Shown here: piece after piece, positions 31,880 to 41,604 of the stretch | Position numbering within the stretch: the stretch's first letter is position 1 | How the letters are laid out: each line of letters opens with the position of its first letter | NCBI GenBank assembly: GCA_963771355.1 | Contig: CAVYTA010000008.1 | Span: 1-64,000 of the forward strand | Origin: an uncultured Candidatus Rokubacteria bacterium | GTDB lineage: Bacteria; Methylomirabilota; Methylomirabilia; Rokubacteriales; CSP1-6 | Direction: 5' to 3' | Length of the DNA: 64,000 nt | Translations under genes and position numbers: made by a program | The notes under the pieces: model-generated | Told to the model about the DNA's origin: nothing | The model's database searches: none | What the model saw: only the letters and a program-made list of their open reading frames with translations

Positions 31880-32868
31880 GCGGGGGGCCGCCCGTGCGGG
31901 CCTGGGTGCGCCGCTGGGGGGTGTCCATCGTCTCGCTGGTCCTGGGCCTGGCCGCGCTCTTCGTGTTCCGGCGCGGCCTCCCGCACGTGGGCTGGATCGT
32001 GGGGTATCTGCTGCTCCTCTGGCTCATCGTCGCCGTGCTCGCGGAGGCGCGCGCCCCGCTGGAGACGAGCGGGCGGCGCTTCATGGTGGGTGCCGCCGAG
32101 TACACGATCCAGACGCTCTACCACAACCTGCTCCTCTTCGTGCTGCCGGCCTACTGGGCCTCCGCCACGCTCACCTCGCTGAACGCGCTGTTCCTGGGCG
32201 GAGTGGCGGCGGGCGCCCTGGTCACCGCGGTGGATCCGCTGTACCGCGCGCTCGCCCGGGAGCACGGGTGGATCCAGCACGCCTTCCTCGGCTTCTCGAT
32301 GTTCGCCGCGCTCAACGTGGCGCTGCCCCTGGTGGGCGTGCGGCCCTTCGCGGCGCTCCTGGGCAGTGCCGCCCTCGCCGGGCTGGCGCTCACGCCTGCG
32401 CTCCGCCGCGACGTGACGGGCTGGGCGAGGGCGCATGGCCTGGCGGTAGCGGTCGCGGTGGTGGCGGTCGCCCTGGTCTGGGTGGGCCGGGCGCTGGTGC
32501 CGCCGGCGCCGCTGTTCCTCGCCGAGAAGACGGTCGCGCGCGACGTCGAGAACCTGGCGCCGGTGGAGCCGGTGTCGAGGACGGTGCGCGCGGAGACGGT
32601 GGCGGGGTGGGGCGGGGGCCTCGTCGCCTACACCGCGGTGCACGCGCCGTCGGGGCTGCGCCAGGCCATCGAGCACGTCTGGTGGAAGAACGGGCAGGTC
32701 ATCGCGCGGGTGCCGCTGTCTCCGGTGCTGGGCGGTCGCGCGGAGGGGTTCCGCACGTGGTCGCGCAAGACCGATCTGGGAGTGCCGCTGCCGGGGCGGT
32801 ACGCGGTGGACGTGATGACCGCCTCCGGGCAGCTCATCGGGCGGCTGTCGTTCACCGTCACGCCGTAG
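31876..32868 (+). CDS. membrane protein with C-terminal DUF2914-like domain
   Basis: TM bundle then AYTAVHAPSGL..IEHVW..GGRAEGFRTWSRK..GQLIGR. Confidence 0.75.
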   Translation: MSGGPPVRAWVRRWGVSIVSLVLGLAALFVFRRGLPHVGWIVGYLLLLWLIVAVLAEARAPLETSGRRFMVGAAEYTIQTLYHNLLLFVLPAYWASATLTSLNALFLGGVAAGALVTAVDPLYRALAREHGWIQHAFLGFSMFAALNVALPLVGVRPFAALLGSAALAGLALTPALRRDVTGWARAHGLAVAVAVVAVALVWVGRALVPPAPLFLAEKTVARDVENLAPVEPVSRTVRAETVAGWGGGLVAYTAVHAPSGLRQAIEHVWWKNGQVIARVPLSPVLGGRAEGFRTWSRKTDLGVPLPGRYAVDVMTASGQLIGRLSFTVTP

Positions 32869-32895
32869 GGCGCCGCCGGACGTCTGGGAGGTCGC

Positions 32896-34200
32896 ATGGA
32901 ATCGGTCTGGATCGAGGTGGTGCTGATCGCGGTGGCGATCGTCGCCAACGGGTTCTTCTCGGGCTCGGAGATCGCGCTGGTGTCGGCGCGGCCGAGCCGG
33001 CTCGCCCAGCTCCGCGACGAGAGGGTGCCGGGGGCGGAGCGGGCGCTCTTGCTGAAGCGCGATCCGGACACCTTTCTCGCCACCGTGCAGATCGCCATCA
33101 CCCTGGTGGGGACCCTGGCCTCCGCGCTGGGCGGCGCCACCGCGGTGGGAGCGCTGACGCCCTGGATCGCGGAGCTGCCGGTCCCGGGCGCCGCCCGCTG
33201 GGCGGAAGCCATCGCGCTCGGAGCGGTGATCGTCGTCATCACCTTCGCCTCGCTGGTCATCGGCGAGCTCACCCCGAAGGCGCTCGCGCTGCGGAACCCC
33301 GAGCGCGTGGCCTGCATGGTGGCGCCCGTGCTCCACCTGCTCTCCCGGCTCACGGCGGGACCGAACCGCCTGCTTACCCTGTCCACCCGCGCGGTCCTGA
33401 CCGTGCTGGGCCAGCGCGACGCCGGCCAGCCGCCGCCGGTCTCGGAGGAAGAGGTCAAGTATCTGGTGCGCGAGGGCGTTACCCACGGCGTGTTCGAGCA
33501 TCATGAGTCGGAGCTGGTCCAGCGCATCTTCGACTTCACCGACACGCCGGTCCGCTCGGTCATGATCCCGCGCCCCAATATCCGCGGTCTCGACATGGCG
33601 ACCCCGACGGACCAGCTCCTGCGCGTGGCGGCGGAGCAGAAGCGGAGCCGGCTGCCCGTCTTTCGCGGCTCCATCGACGAGGTGGTGGGCTTCGTCACCA
33701 TCGAGGACCTCTTCGGGGCCGTCGCGCGCGGCGACGTGCCGCCGCTGGAGCGACTGATCCGACCCTGCCTCTTCGTGCCGCCGATGATGCCGGTCGGAGT
33801 GCTCCTGCGCGAGTTCCAGCGGCGCCACGCGAGCCTGGCCCTGGTGGTGGACGAGTACGGCCAGATCATGGGGCTCATCACCATGGAGGACGTACTGGAG
33901 GAGATCGTGGGCGAGATCCGGGACGAGGGCGAGGGGCCGGGCCTGCCCTTCGCCTCGCGGCTGCCGGACGGCTCCTATGTCATCGACGCCACCGCCACCA
34001 TTCGCGATCTGCGCGAGCAGGTCGGCATCCCGCTCGAGGATTCGGCCCATTACCAGACCCTGGCCGGCTTCCTCCTGTACCGGCTGGGGACGGTGCCGCG
34101 TCCGGGCACGAGCCTCCGCGAGCTGAACTATGTCTTCACCGTGGTGGAAACGGACGGGCCGCGCATCCTCAAGGTGAAGGCGCAGGCCCTGCCGGCATGA
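32896..34200 (+). CDS. hemolysin-family CNNM/CBS/CorC protein
   Basis: NGFFSGSEIALVS, GELTPK, SRLPV, VVDEYG, EDVLEEIVGEI. Confidence 0.92.
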   Translation: MESVWIEVVLIAVAIVANGFFSGSEIALVSARPSRLAQLRDERVPGAERALLLKRDPDTFLATVQIAITLVGTLASALGGATAVGALTPWIAELPVPGAARWAEAIALGAVIVVITFASLVIGELTPKALALRNPERVACMVAPVLHLLSRLTAGPNRLLTLSTRAVLTVLGQRDAGQPPPVSEEEVKYLVREGVTHGVFEHHESELVQRIFDFTDTPVRSVMIPRPNIRGLDMATPTDQLLRVAAEQKRSRLPVFRGSIDEVVGFVTIEDLFGAVARGDVPPLERLIRPCLFVPPMMPVGVLLREFQRRHASLALVVDEYGQIMGLITMEDVLEEIVGEIRDEGEGPGLPFASRLPDGSYVIDATATIRDLREQVGIPLEDSAHYQTLAGFLLYRLGTVPRPGTSLRELNYVFTVVETDGPRILKVKAQALPA

Positions 34201-35387
34201 CGCCGGGCGAGGCCGCGCCCCATCCGGCGGGCGCCCCCCTCGACGCGGTGGCGCGCGTGCTGCGTGCCGTCGGCGGCGCCGCGGTGCGGGTGTCCGAGCC
34301 CGTGCTGCTCAAGTCCTGGGAGCGGAACGATGTCTGGCGTGTGCGCGTGACCCGCGCGGCGGCGACCGCTGGCCGTCCAGGTGAGCCCGGCCCGCCGGAC
34401 TCGGTCATCGTCAAGCGCTTCAAGTCGGAGCCGGCGCGAGGGCTCGACGAATGGGCGGCGCTCGAGCACCTCGACGCGCTGGGCATCGCGCCGGCCTCGG
34501 CTCCGCATTTCCTCGGCGGCGACCTCGCGGCCCGCTGTTTCGTGATGGAAGACCTGGGGGAGGGACCGAGCCTGGAGGATCTTCTCCGAGCGCGCGAACC
34601 AGGCGCCGCGGCGCGGGCCGGCGAGGCGCTCGTCGCCATCGCGCGCGCCACCGGCGCGCTTCATGCGGCCGCGCGCGAGCACGCGGGCGAATTCGACCGC
34701 CGCCGTGACGCGCTCGCGCCGCGCCCGGTCACGGCCCTGCGGGCGGCGGCGGACGCGCGGCGCGCCGCTCCCGCCGCGTTGCGCGCCTGGCTCGACGCGG
34801 CGGGCGCGGCGGCGGCGTCCGGACTCGAGGAGGCAGAGGCGGCTCTCGGGCGCGCCGCGGAGGAGCCGGGTGCCTGGGCCACCCTCACGCATGGCGACAT
34901 GGCGCCCAGCAACAATCTGCGCGCCAGGGATGGCTGGCGGCTGCTGGACTTCGAATACGCCGGCGTCCGTCACGCCCTGTACGACACGCTGCTCTGGACG
35001 CTCTTCTGTCCGTTCCCCCTCCCGCTCATCGAGCGCGCGGATCGCGCCTATCGCGCGGCGATGGCCGGCGCCTTCCCGCCCGCGCGCGACGAGGGCGAGT
35101 ATGCCCGCGCGCGGGCGCATGTGGCCGCGGGGCGGACCCTCGACCTCCTGCGGTGGCAGCCCCCCGCCTTGCTCGAGCGCGACCGTGACTGGGCCCCGGG
35201 CCTGACCGCGCGGCAGGCCGTGCTCTGGCATCTCGAGCGCTTCCTCGCCGTGGCGGAAGGAGGCGCGCCCACGCTCGCGCCGATCGCGGCGACGCTGGAG
35301 GGCCTCCACCGGCGGCTCGCCGCGGGCTGGAGCGCGGAGCGCGAGCGCGGCCTCGTCTGGCCCGCCTTCGGCGACGATCGGCTATGA
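34197..35387 (+). CDS. aminoglycoside-phosphotransferase-like kinase
   Basis: VIVK, VMEDLG, HGDMAPSN, LLDFE. Confidence 0.75.
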   Translation: MTPGEAAPHPAGAPLDAVARVLRAVGGAAVRVSEPVLLKSWERNDVWRVRVTRAAATAGRPGEPGPPDSVIVKRFKSEPARGLDEWAALEHLDALGIAPASAPHFLGGDLAARCFVMEDLGEGPSLEDLLRAREPGAAARAGEALVAIARATGALHAAAREHAGEFDRRRDALAPRPVTALRAAADARRAAPAALRAWLDAAGAAAASGLEEAEAALGRAAEEPGAWATLTHGDMAPSNNLRARDGWRLLDFEYAGVRHALYDTLLWTLFCPFPLPLIERADRAYRAAMAGAFPPARDEGEYARARAHVAAGRTLDLLRWQPPALLERDRDWAPGLTARQAVLWHLERFLAVAEGGAPTLAPIAATLEGLHRRLAAGWSAERERGLVWPAFGDDRL

Positions 35388-35394
35388 TTCAGCC

Positions 35395-36171
35395 ATGATG
35401 CTGTTCGACACTCACGCGCACCTGCACTTCCCGGATTTCGCCGAGGATCTGGACGCCGTGCTCGATCGCGCCCGCGCCGCCGGGCTGCGGGGCATGGTGA
35501 CCATTGGAACGGATCGCGAGTCCAATCGGGCCACGGTGGCCCTGGCGAACCGGCACGCGGATATCTGGGCCTCGGTGGGCATTCACCCGCACGACGCCGC
35601 CGCGGCCACCGAGGCCGACTTCGAGGAGATGGAGCGCCTGGCCCGCGAGCCGCGCGTGGTCGGGCTGGGCGAGATGGGCCTCGACTTCTTCCGCGACCTT
35701 TCGCCGCGCGACGTGCAGGAGCGTGTCTTCCGCCGCCAGATCGCGATGGCCCGGCGCGTACGGAAGCCCGCCATCATCCACTGCCGCGACGCGCATCCGG
35801 AGACGCTGGCGCTCCTCGCCGAGGAGCGGGTGGAGGAGGTGGGCGGGGTCATGCACTGCTTCTCCGCGGATGTCGAGGTGGCCAAGCGCTGCCTCGACCT
35901 CGGCCTCATGATCTCGCTGGCGGGGCCGGTCACCTACAAGAACGCCCGCGCCTTGCCGGACGTCGCGCGCTACGTGCCCGAGGATCGCTTGGTGGTCGAG
36001 ACCGACTGCCCGTATCTCACGCCCACGCCGCATCGCGGGAAGCGCAACGAGCCGGCCTACGTGGCGCTGACCGCCGCGCACGTGGCCGAGCTGCGCGGCG
36101 CGGATCCGGAGGCGCTCGGCGCCGCGCTGACCGGCAACGCCGCGCGGCTATTCGATTTGAAGCTCGCCTGA
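35395..36171 (+). CDS. tatD: TatD-family nuclease
   Basis: DTHAH, GIHPH, GEMGLD, HCRDA, MHCF, ETDCPY. Confidence 0.93.
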   Translation: MMLFDTHAHLHFPDFAEDLDAVLDRARAAGLRGMVTIGTDRESNRATVALANRHADIWASVGIHPHDAAAATEADFEEMERLAREPRVVGLGEMGLDFFRDLSPRDVQERVFRRQIAMARRVRKPAIIHCRDAHPETLALLAEERVEEVGGVMHCFSADVEVAKRCLDLGLMISLAGPVTYKNARALPDVARYVPEDRLVVETDCPYLTPTPHRGKRNEPAYVALTAAHVAELRGADPEALGAALTGNAARLFDLKLA

Positions 36172-36186
36172 TCGGGGGATCGCACC

Positions 36187-36966
36187 ATGGCGTACAGCGA
36201 CGTGCTCTTCGAGGTGAAGAACCAGATCGCCTGGCTCACCATCAACCGGCCGGACCGGGGGAATTCCTTCCGGCGCCAGACCGTGCTGGAGATGTACCAG
36301 GCGCTCAGCGAGGCCCGGCTGGACCCCAAAGTCCGGGTGGTCGTGATCACCGGGGCGGGGGACCGCTTCTTCTGCATCGGCGGCGAGAAGGAGAAGAACG
36401 ACGGCCAGCTCCACTATCACAATGTCCCGCCGGTGGTGGACCTCTACCAGCTCATCGACATGCTGCCGGTGCCGGTGATCGCCATGGTCAACGGCTTCGC
36501 GGTGGGCGGCGGCAACGTCCTCGCCAACATGTGCGACCTCACGGTGGCGAGCGAGCAGGCCACCTTTCGCCAGGTGGGGCCGATGATGGGCTCCTACGAC
36601 GCCGGCTTCGGCACCTGGTACCTCGAGGACGCGGTGGGACGCAAGCGCGCCAGGGAGATCTGGTACCTCAACCGCAAGTACACCGCGCAGCAGGCGCAGG
36701 CACTGGGGCTGGTCAACGAGGTGGCGCCGCACGCCGAGCTGCGGGCGCGCACCGAGGCGATGTGCGAGGAGCTGAAGCAGCGCGGGCCCCAGGCCCTCGC
36801 CGCGCTCAAGGCTGCCTTCCACGCCCGCCACAACGGCGTCACCGGGCTGTCCCGCGTGACCATCGACCACCTGGTGGCGAACTACTACCACACGGAAGAG
36901 GCCAAGGAGATGGGCCGGTCCTTCAATGCCAAGCAGCCGCCGGACCCCGACAAGTTCTATCGCTGA
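36187..36966 (+). CDS. crotonase-family enzyme, MenB/BadI-like
   Basis: TINRP, FCIGG, VNGFAVGGG, QVGPMMGSYDAGFG. Confidence 0.82.
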   Translation: MAYSDVLFEVKNQIAWLTINRPDRGNSFRRQTVLEMYQALSEARLDPKVRVVVITGAGDRFFCIGGEKEKNDGQLHYHNVPPVVDLYQLIDMLPVPVIAMVNGFAVGGGNVLANMCDLTVASEQATFRQVGPMMGSYDAGFGTWYLEDAVGRKRAREIWYLNRKYTAQQAQALGLVNEVAPHAELRARTEAMCEELKQRGPQALAALKAAFHARHNGVTGLSRVTIDHLVANYYHTEEAKEMGRSFNAKQPPDPDKFYR

Positions 36967-36980
36967 GCGCGACTGACGTC

Positions 36981-38030
36981 ATGACGCCTCCAAAGCCCTC
37001 CGACGCTTCTCGAGACCAGGGGCGGAGCCGTGCCGTGGGCCGCAGTCGCCTAGCGTCCACGGCGGCGGGCCTCGCGGAGTGGGGCCGGCCCTATGCGTCT
37101 TGGGCATTCTGGCTCGGGCTGCTGATCTTGACCGCGGTGACCCTGCTCACCATCCCCGGCAATCCGGTGCTTGACCTCAGCACCCGCCGGTACCGCGAGC
37201 CCGGCACGGTCCTCGCCCACGTGGGCGCGCTGCTCTTCCTCGTGGGTGTGCTGCCATCCGCGCCGCGCGGGCTCGCAGCGCTGGCGGCGCTCTCACCCGC
37301 GCGGCGGCTCTCGCTGCTCGGGGCGGCGACGGCGGCGCCGCTCCTCGGGCTCGGCGTCATCGCGCTGGGCTGGCCCGCCTACGCGCAAGCGCTCACGCGC
37401 GAGTGGGGCATCGTCGAGCCCGCCGAGGCCATGCTCTACCTCATCGCCGCCTGGATCGCGTGGCGGCACGCCGTGCTGCTGGAGCCGCGGCCGGATGCTC
37501 GCTGCTACCGCTTCGTCGCCTTCGTCTGCGGGATGCTGGCCCTCGAGGAGATGGACTGGCTCGGTATCCCGGGCGGCCTGGTCGGCCGCGTGGGCTCCGC
37601 GAAGATCTACGTCGGCTCCTCCCACGACCTGCTCACGGTGGCCTGGCACTACCAATGGTTCGCCATCCCCGTCGCCATCTCGGTGCTGCTCGTTCTCGGC
37701 CTGATCTGGCGTCGCGGCTATCTCACGGTGGGCTTCATCCGGCGGCAGGTCTTCGATCCGACCACGCTGCCGCTCTACGGCGCCCTCGTGGCCCAGGCAC
37801 TGGCCCAGGCGCTCGACGTGGAGGACAGGCTGCTGAGCCGGCGCCATCCGTTCTTTCGCTACCCGTTGGAGGAGCCCTTCGAGCTGCTCGCGGTGCTGCT
37901 GCTGGTGAGCGGCCTGCTGCTGAAGTACTCCCGCGAATTGCGCCGAGCGGGATATGACGGGCGTGGGGCGGTGCTAGCTCCCGCCCATGAACGCCACCGC
38001 GCCCTTCGTCACGAAGAGCCGCCCGGATGA
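36981..38030 (+). CDS. hypothetical multi-pass membrane protein
   Basis: Many TM segments with REWGIVE, LEEMDW, HD, LEE; start uncertain. Confidence 0.65.
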   Translation: MTPPKPSDASRDQGRSRAVGRSRLASTAAGLAEWGRPYASWAFWLGLLILTAVTLLTIPGNPVLDLSTRRYREPGTVLAHVGALLFLVGVLPSAPRGLAALAALSPARRLSLLGAATAAPLLGLGVIALGWPAYAQALTREWGIVEPAEAMLYLIAAWIAWRHAVLLEPRPDARCYRFVAFVCGMLALEEMDWLGIPGGLVGRVGSAKIYVGSSHDLLTVAWHYQWFAIPVAISVLLVLGLIWRRGYLTVGFIRRQVFDPTTLPLYGALVAQALAQALDVEDRLLSRRHPFFRYPLEEPFELLAVLLLVSGLLLKYSRELRRAGYDGRGAVLAPAHERHRALRHEEPPG

Positions 38031-38042
38031 CTGGTGTCGTTG

Positions 38043-38330
38043 CTAGCGGCGGGTGAGGGCGGCGCGGGCGCGGGGGACGTCAAACTCGTGGACCAGCACC
38101 GCGATCTCGCCCTGGGCGCCCACGCTGAACGGGTGCAGCGAGGCCACGAGGTTCCCGCGTAGCACCGACGTGATCCCCATGCTGTCGAGCAGCCCGCGGA
38201 CGACCAGCGCCTCGCCCTGATCGCGGCAGCGCTGGATTACCACCAGGTCGCGCTCGCCGGGGTCGGCGGCGGCGGGCGGCTTGCGGGTGGGAAGCCTGAT
38301 GACCTTGGCCCGGCGTGGCATCGCGCTCAT
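38043..38330 (-). CDS. DUF2007-like small protein
   Basis: EALVVRGLLDSMGI...IAVLVHEFDVPRARAAL; start 38330 or 38321. Confidence 0.65.
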   Translation of the reverse strand: MSAMPRRAKVIRLPTRKPPAAADPGERDLVVIQRCRDQGEALVVRGLLDSMGITSVLRGNLVASLHPFSVGAQGEIAVLVHEFDVPRARAALTRR

Positions 38331-38336
38331 GCTAGC

Positions 38337-40697
38337 ATGTCCCCTCCCATGAGCGATGACGCGCCCACCGAGGCGTCCAGCAAACTGACCGACGGGGCGC
38401 CGTATATCGGTCGGGGCATGAAGCGCGTGGAGGACCGCGTGCTCCTCCTCGGCGTTGGGCGCTATACCGACGACATCCCGATGCCCGGGCTCCTCCACGT
38501 GGCGTTCGTACGCAGCCCGCATGCCCACGCGCGGGTGCGCGGGCTCGATACCTCACATGCGCGGCAGGCGCCCGGCGTGGCCGCCGTGGTCACCGGTGCC
38601 GACGTGCGCGACCTCGGCCACATGCCCACCAACCGGATGGTCCAGGGCATGAAGGTCCCGCCGCACCCGATTCTCTCGGAAGGTCTGGTCGCCTGCGTGG
38701 GTGACGCGGTGGCCGCGGTGGCGGCGGACTCCGCGTATGCCGCGCGCGACGCGGCAGACCTGATCGTGGTGGACTGGGACCCGCTGCCCGCGCAGCCCGA
38801 TGTTGACGCGGCGCTGTCCGCCGGCGCGCCCGCGGTGTTCGACACCATCGGCGGTAACGTCTCGTTTACCCACCGGTGGCGCTCGGGAGACGCGGAGGCC
38901 GCCTTTGCCGGCGCGGCACGGATCGTCACCGTGCGCTCGGTCCAGCCGCGGCTGGCCGGCGTGGCCATGGAGCCGCGGACGACGCTGGCCTGGCTCGATC
39001 CCAGCGCGGACGAGCTGCGTGTGTGGTCTTCCACCCAGTCGCCCTTCCGCGTGCGCGCGGAGGTGGCCGCCTCGCTCGGCTATCCCGAGTCGCGCATCCG
39101 CGTGGTGGCGCCCCAGGTGGGCGGCGGCTTCGGCGTCAAGGGCTCGCCCTATCGCGAGGACGTGCTGGTGGCCTGGCTCGCGCTTCGCCTGGGCCGGCCG
39201 GTGAAGTGGGTGGCCACGCGCGACGAGGACACCATGACGACCCAGCAGGGGCGCGGCATGACGGCCGACGCCGAGCTCGCGGTGGACGCCGGCGGCGTCA
39301 TTCGCGGGGTACGCGCGCGCATCCGCTATCCGATGGGCGGGCGCTTCGCGATGAACAGCGCGGGGCCGGCGTGGAATGCGGGCCGGACCCTGCCGGGTCC
39401 CTATGCGGTTTCCGCCACCGACATCGAGATCACCGGCGCCGTCACCACCACGCCGCCCACCGGCGCCTATCGCGGGGCGGGGCGCCCCGAAGGGACCTTC
39501 CTGATCGAGCGCCTCATGGACGAGGCCGCGCATGCCCTGGGCCTCGATCCGGTGGAGATCCGGCGGCGCAATGTCGTCCCCCCGGACGTGTTTCCCTATC
39601 GGAGCGCGACCAACGTGGTCTATGACTCCGGCCGCTATCGCGAGGCGCTCGACAAGGCGCTTGCGCTTGCGAAGTACGACGAGCTCCGCGTGCGCCAGCG
39701 CGAGGCCCGCGCGCGGGGCGAGATCGCGGGCGTGGGCGTGGTGGTCTATGTCGAGCCCGCCGCCGCGGGCTGGGAAAGCGGCAATGTGCGGGTGGAGCGC
39801 ACGGGCGCGGTGACCCTCGTCACCGGCTCCAGCGCGCACGGCCAGGGGCACGAGACCACCTGGGCGCAGATCGTGGCGGACGCCCTCGGCGTGCGCCCAG
39901 AGGAAGTCACGGTGCGCCACGGTGACACCGGCGGGGCGCCGCAGGGCTTCGGCACCTTCGGCAGCCGCTCCACCGTGCTGGGCGGAAGCGCCGCCTTCCG
40001 CGCCGCCGAGGAAGTGCGCGAGAAGGGCCGGCGCATCGCCGCGCGGCTCCTCGAGGCGGGCCTGGACGACGTGGTGGCGGTGCCCGGCGGCTTCCATGTG
40101 GTGGGCACGCCGGGCAAGCGCGTGGGATGGGCCCAGGTGGCGGCGGTCGCGCATGGCGCCGCGCGGCTGGGCCCCGGCGACACGCCCGGGCTCGAGGCCA
40201 CGGTGTTCTTCCAGGCCGACGGCGAGACCTGGTCCTTCGGCGCCTGCGTGGTCGGGGCGACGGTGAGCCGCGACACCGGCGAGGTGACGCTCACCGACTG
40301 CGTGTGGGTGGACGACGCGGGCACCATCGTGAACCCGCTGCTGGCCGAGGCCCAGCTGCACGGGGCCCATGCCCAGGGGGTGGGGCAGGCGCTGCTCGAG
40401 GCGCTGGTCTATGACGCCGAGGGCCAGCTCCTCACCGGCACGCTCATGGACTATGCGCTGCCGCGCGCGGGGGATTTCGCAGCGCCCGTCATCGGCAAGA
40501 TGGTCACGCCCTCACCCCGCAACCCGCTGGGCGCCAAGGGCCTCGGCGAGGCCGGCTGCATCGTGATGCCGCCTGCCATCGTGAACGCGGTGGTGGACGC
40601 GCTCCGCCCCTTCGGCGTCAACAACCTGGACATGCCGCTGACTCCCGAGAAGGTCTGGTCAGCGATGCGAAACGGCGGTCAGCCCGAGCGCCGCTGA
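38337..40697 (+). CDS. xanthine-oxidase-family molybdopterin-binding large subunit (CoxL-like)
   Basis: RSPHAHA, VGGGFG, AYRGAGR, HGQGHET, GAKGLGE. Confidence 0.92.
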   Translation: MSPPMSDDAPTEASSKLTDGAPYIGRGMKRVEDRVLLLGVGRYTDDIPMPGLLHVAFVRSPHAHARVRGLDTSHARQAPGVAAVVTGADVRDLGHMPTNRMVQGMKVPPHPILSEGLVACVGDAVAAVAADSAYAARDAADLIVVDWDPLPAQPDVDAALSAGAPAVFDTIGGNVSFTHRWRSGDAEAAFAGAARIVTVRSVQPRLAGVAMEPRTTLAWLDPSADELRVWSSTQSPFRVRAEVAASLGYPESRIRVVAPQVGGGFGVKGSPYREDVLVAWLALRLGRPVKWVATRDEDTMTTQQGRGMTADAELAVDAGGVIRGVRARIRYPMGGRFAMNSAGPAWNAGRTLPGPYAVSATDIEITGAVTTTPPTGAYRGAGRPEGTFLIERLMDEAAHALGLDPVEIRRRNVVPPDVFPYRSATNVVYDSGRYREALDKALALAKYDELRVRQREARARGEIAGVGVVVYVEPAAAGWESGNVRVERTGAVTLVTGSSAHGQGHETTWAQIVADALGVRPEEVTVRHGDTGGAPQGFGTFGSRSTVLGGSAAFRAAEEVREKGRRIAARLLEAGLDDVVAVPGGFHVVGTPGKRVGWAQVAAVAHGAARLGPGDTPGLEATVFFQADGETWSFGACVVGATVSRDTGEVTLTDCVWVDDAGTIVNPLLAEAQLHGAHAQGVGQALLEALVYDAEGQLLTGTLMDYALPRAGDFAAPVIGKMVTPSPRNPLGAKGLGEAGCIVMPPAIVNAVVDALRPFGVNNLDMPLTPEKVWSAMRNGGQPERR

Positions 40698-41557
40698 CTT
40701 CGGTACCATTCGTAGATTTCTTCCCCCGTGGTGAACCACACGCCCTTCTTCTTCCGCATGTAGTCGTACACCGCCTCGAAGTACTTGATCCGGTGCGGCA
40801 CGCCCGAGATGTACGGGTGCACGGCCAGGGCCATCACGCGCGGGTTCTTCGCGCCCTCGAGGTACAGGCGATCGAACTGGTCCTTGACGCGCTGGAGCCA
40901 CTCCGAGGAGGTGTGGTGCTGGATGATCATCATAGGGATGTCGTTGAGCTCGAGCGAATACGGCACGGAGACGAGCGGCCCCGAGGTGGTGCGGATCTCG
41001 TAGGGCTGGTCGTCGTTGACCCAGTCGGAGACGTACTCGATGCCCTCGGCGGCCAGATGATCCAGCGTCTCCCACGTCTCGGTGAGGCCGGGGCCGAGCC
41101 AGCCCTTGGGCGCTTTCCCGGTGAACTTCCGCAGCATCTCGATGGACTGGCGGATCGCCGCGCGCTGGTCCGGCAGGAGGTGCATGGCGCCCTGGATCAC
41201 GCCATGGGCCATGAACTCCCAGCCCGCATCCAGCATGGCGCGCGCCACCGGCTCGTAGGACTCGACCACTTGCGCGTTGATGGCGGTGGTCGCGCGGATC
41301 TTCCGCTTGCCCAGCGCCTCGAGGAAGCGCCAGAAGCCCACGCGCATCCCGTAGTCGTGCCAGGCCCAGTTGGGCACGTCCGGCACCGTGGCCACGCCCT
41401 GCGGCGCGGGGAGGTATTGCCGCGCCATCGCCTTCTCGATGTCCCAGTCCTCGACGTTCACGATGGTCCACACCGCGATGCGCGCGCCCCGGGGCAGCTT
41501 CCACGGGGGGCGGTGGGCGATGGGCGAATAGTCGAAGCGGTCGCGCGGGAGTCTCAT
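40679..41557 (-). CDS. polysaccharide-deacetylase family, PuuE allantoinase-like
   Basis: NVE, DYGMRVGFWR, GWLGPGL, DDQPY, ELND, HPYISG. Confidence 0.85.
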   Translation of the reverse strand: MRLPRDRFDYSPIAHRPPWKLPRGARIAVWTIVNVEDWDIEKAMARQYLPAPQGVATVPDVPNWAWHDYGMRVGFWRFLEALGKRKIRATTAINAQVVESYEPVARAMLDAGWEFMAHGVIQGAMHLLPDQRAAIRQSIEMLRKFTGKAPKGWLGPGLTETWETLDHLAAEGIEYVSDWVNDDQPYEIRTTSGPLVSVPYSLELNDIPMMIIQHHTSSEWLQRVKDQFDRLYLEGAKNPRVMALAVHPYISGVPHRIKYFEAVYDYMRKKKGVWFTTGEEIYEWYRSQRRSG

Positions 41558-41604
41558 GGCGAGAGACTACCACCGCGAGGTGTTTGATAGTAGGATACCG
41601 CCCC

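Noticed and set aside
34197..35387. Aminoglycoside resistance gene
   Set aside because: Only generic kinase-fold motifs; housekeeping context; substrate cannot be inferred
36187..36966. menB (naphthoate synthase)
   Set aside because: FCIGGE instead of FCSGGDQ and no men genes nearby; left as MenB/BadI-like
38337..40697. Aerobic CO dehydrogenase (form I CoxL)
   Set aside because: Active-site loop is AYRGAGR, not AYXCSFR; no coxM/coxS adjacent
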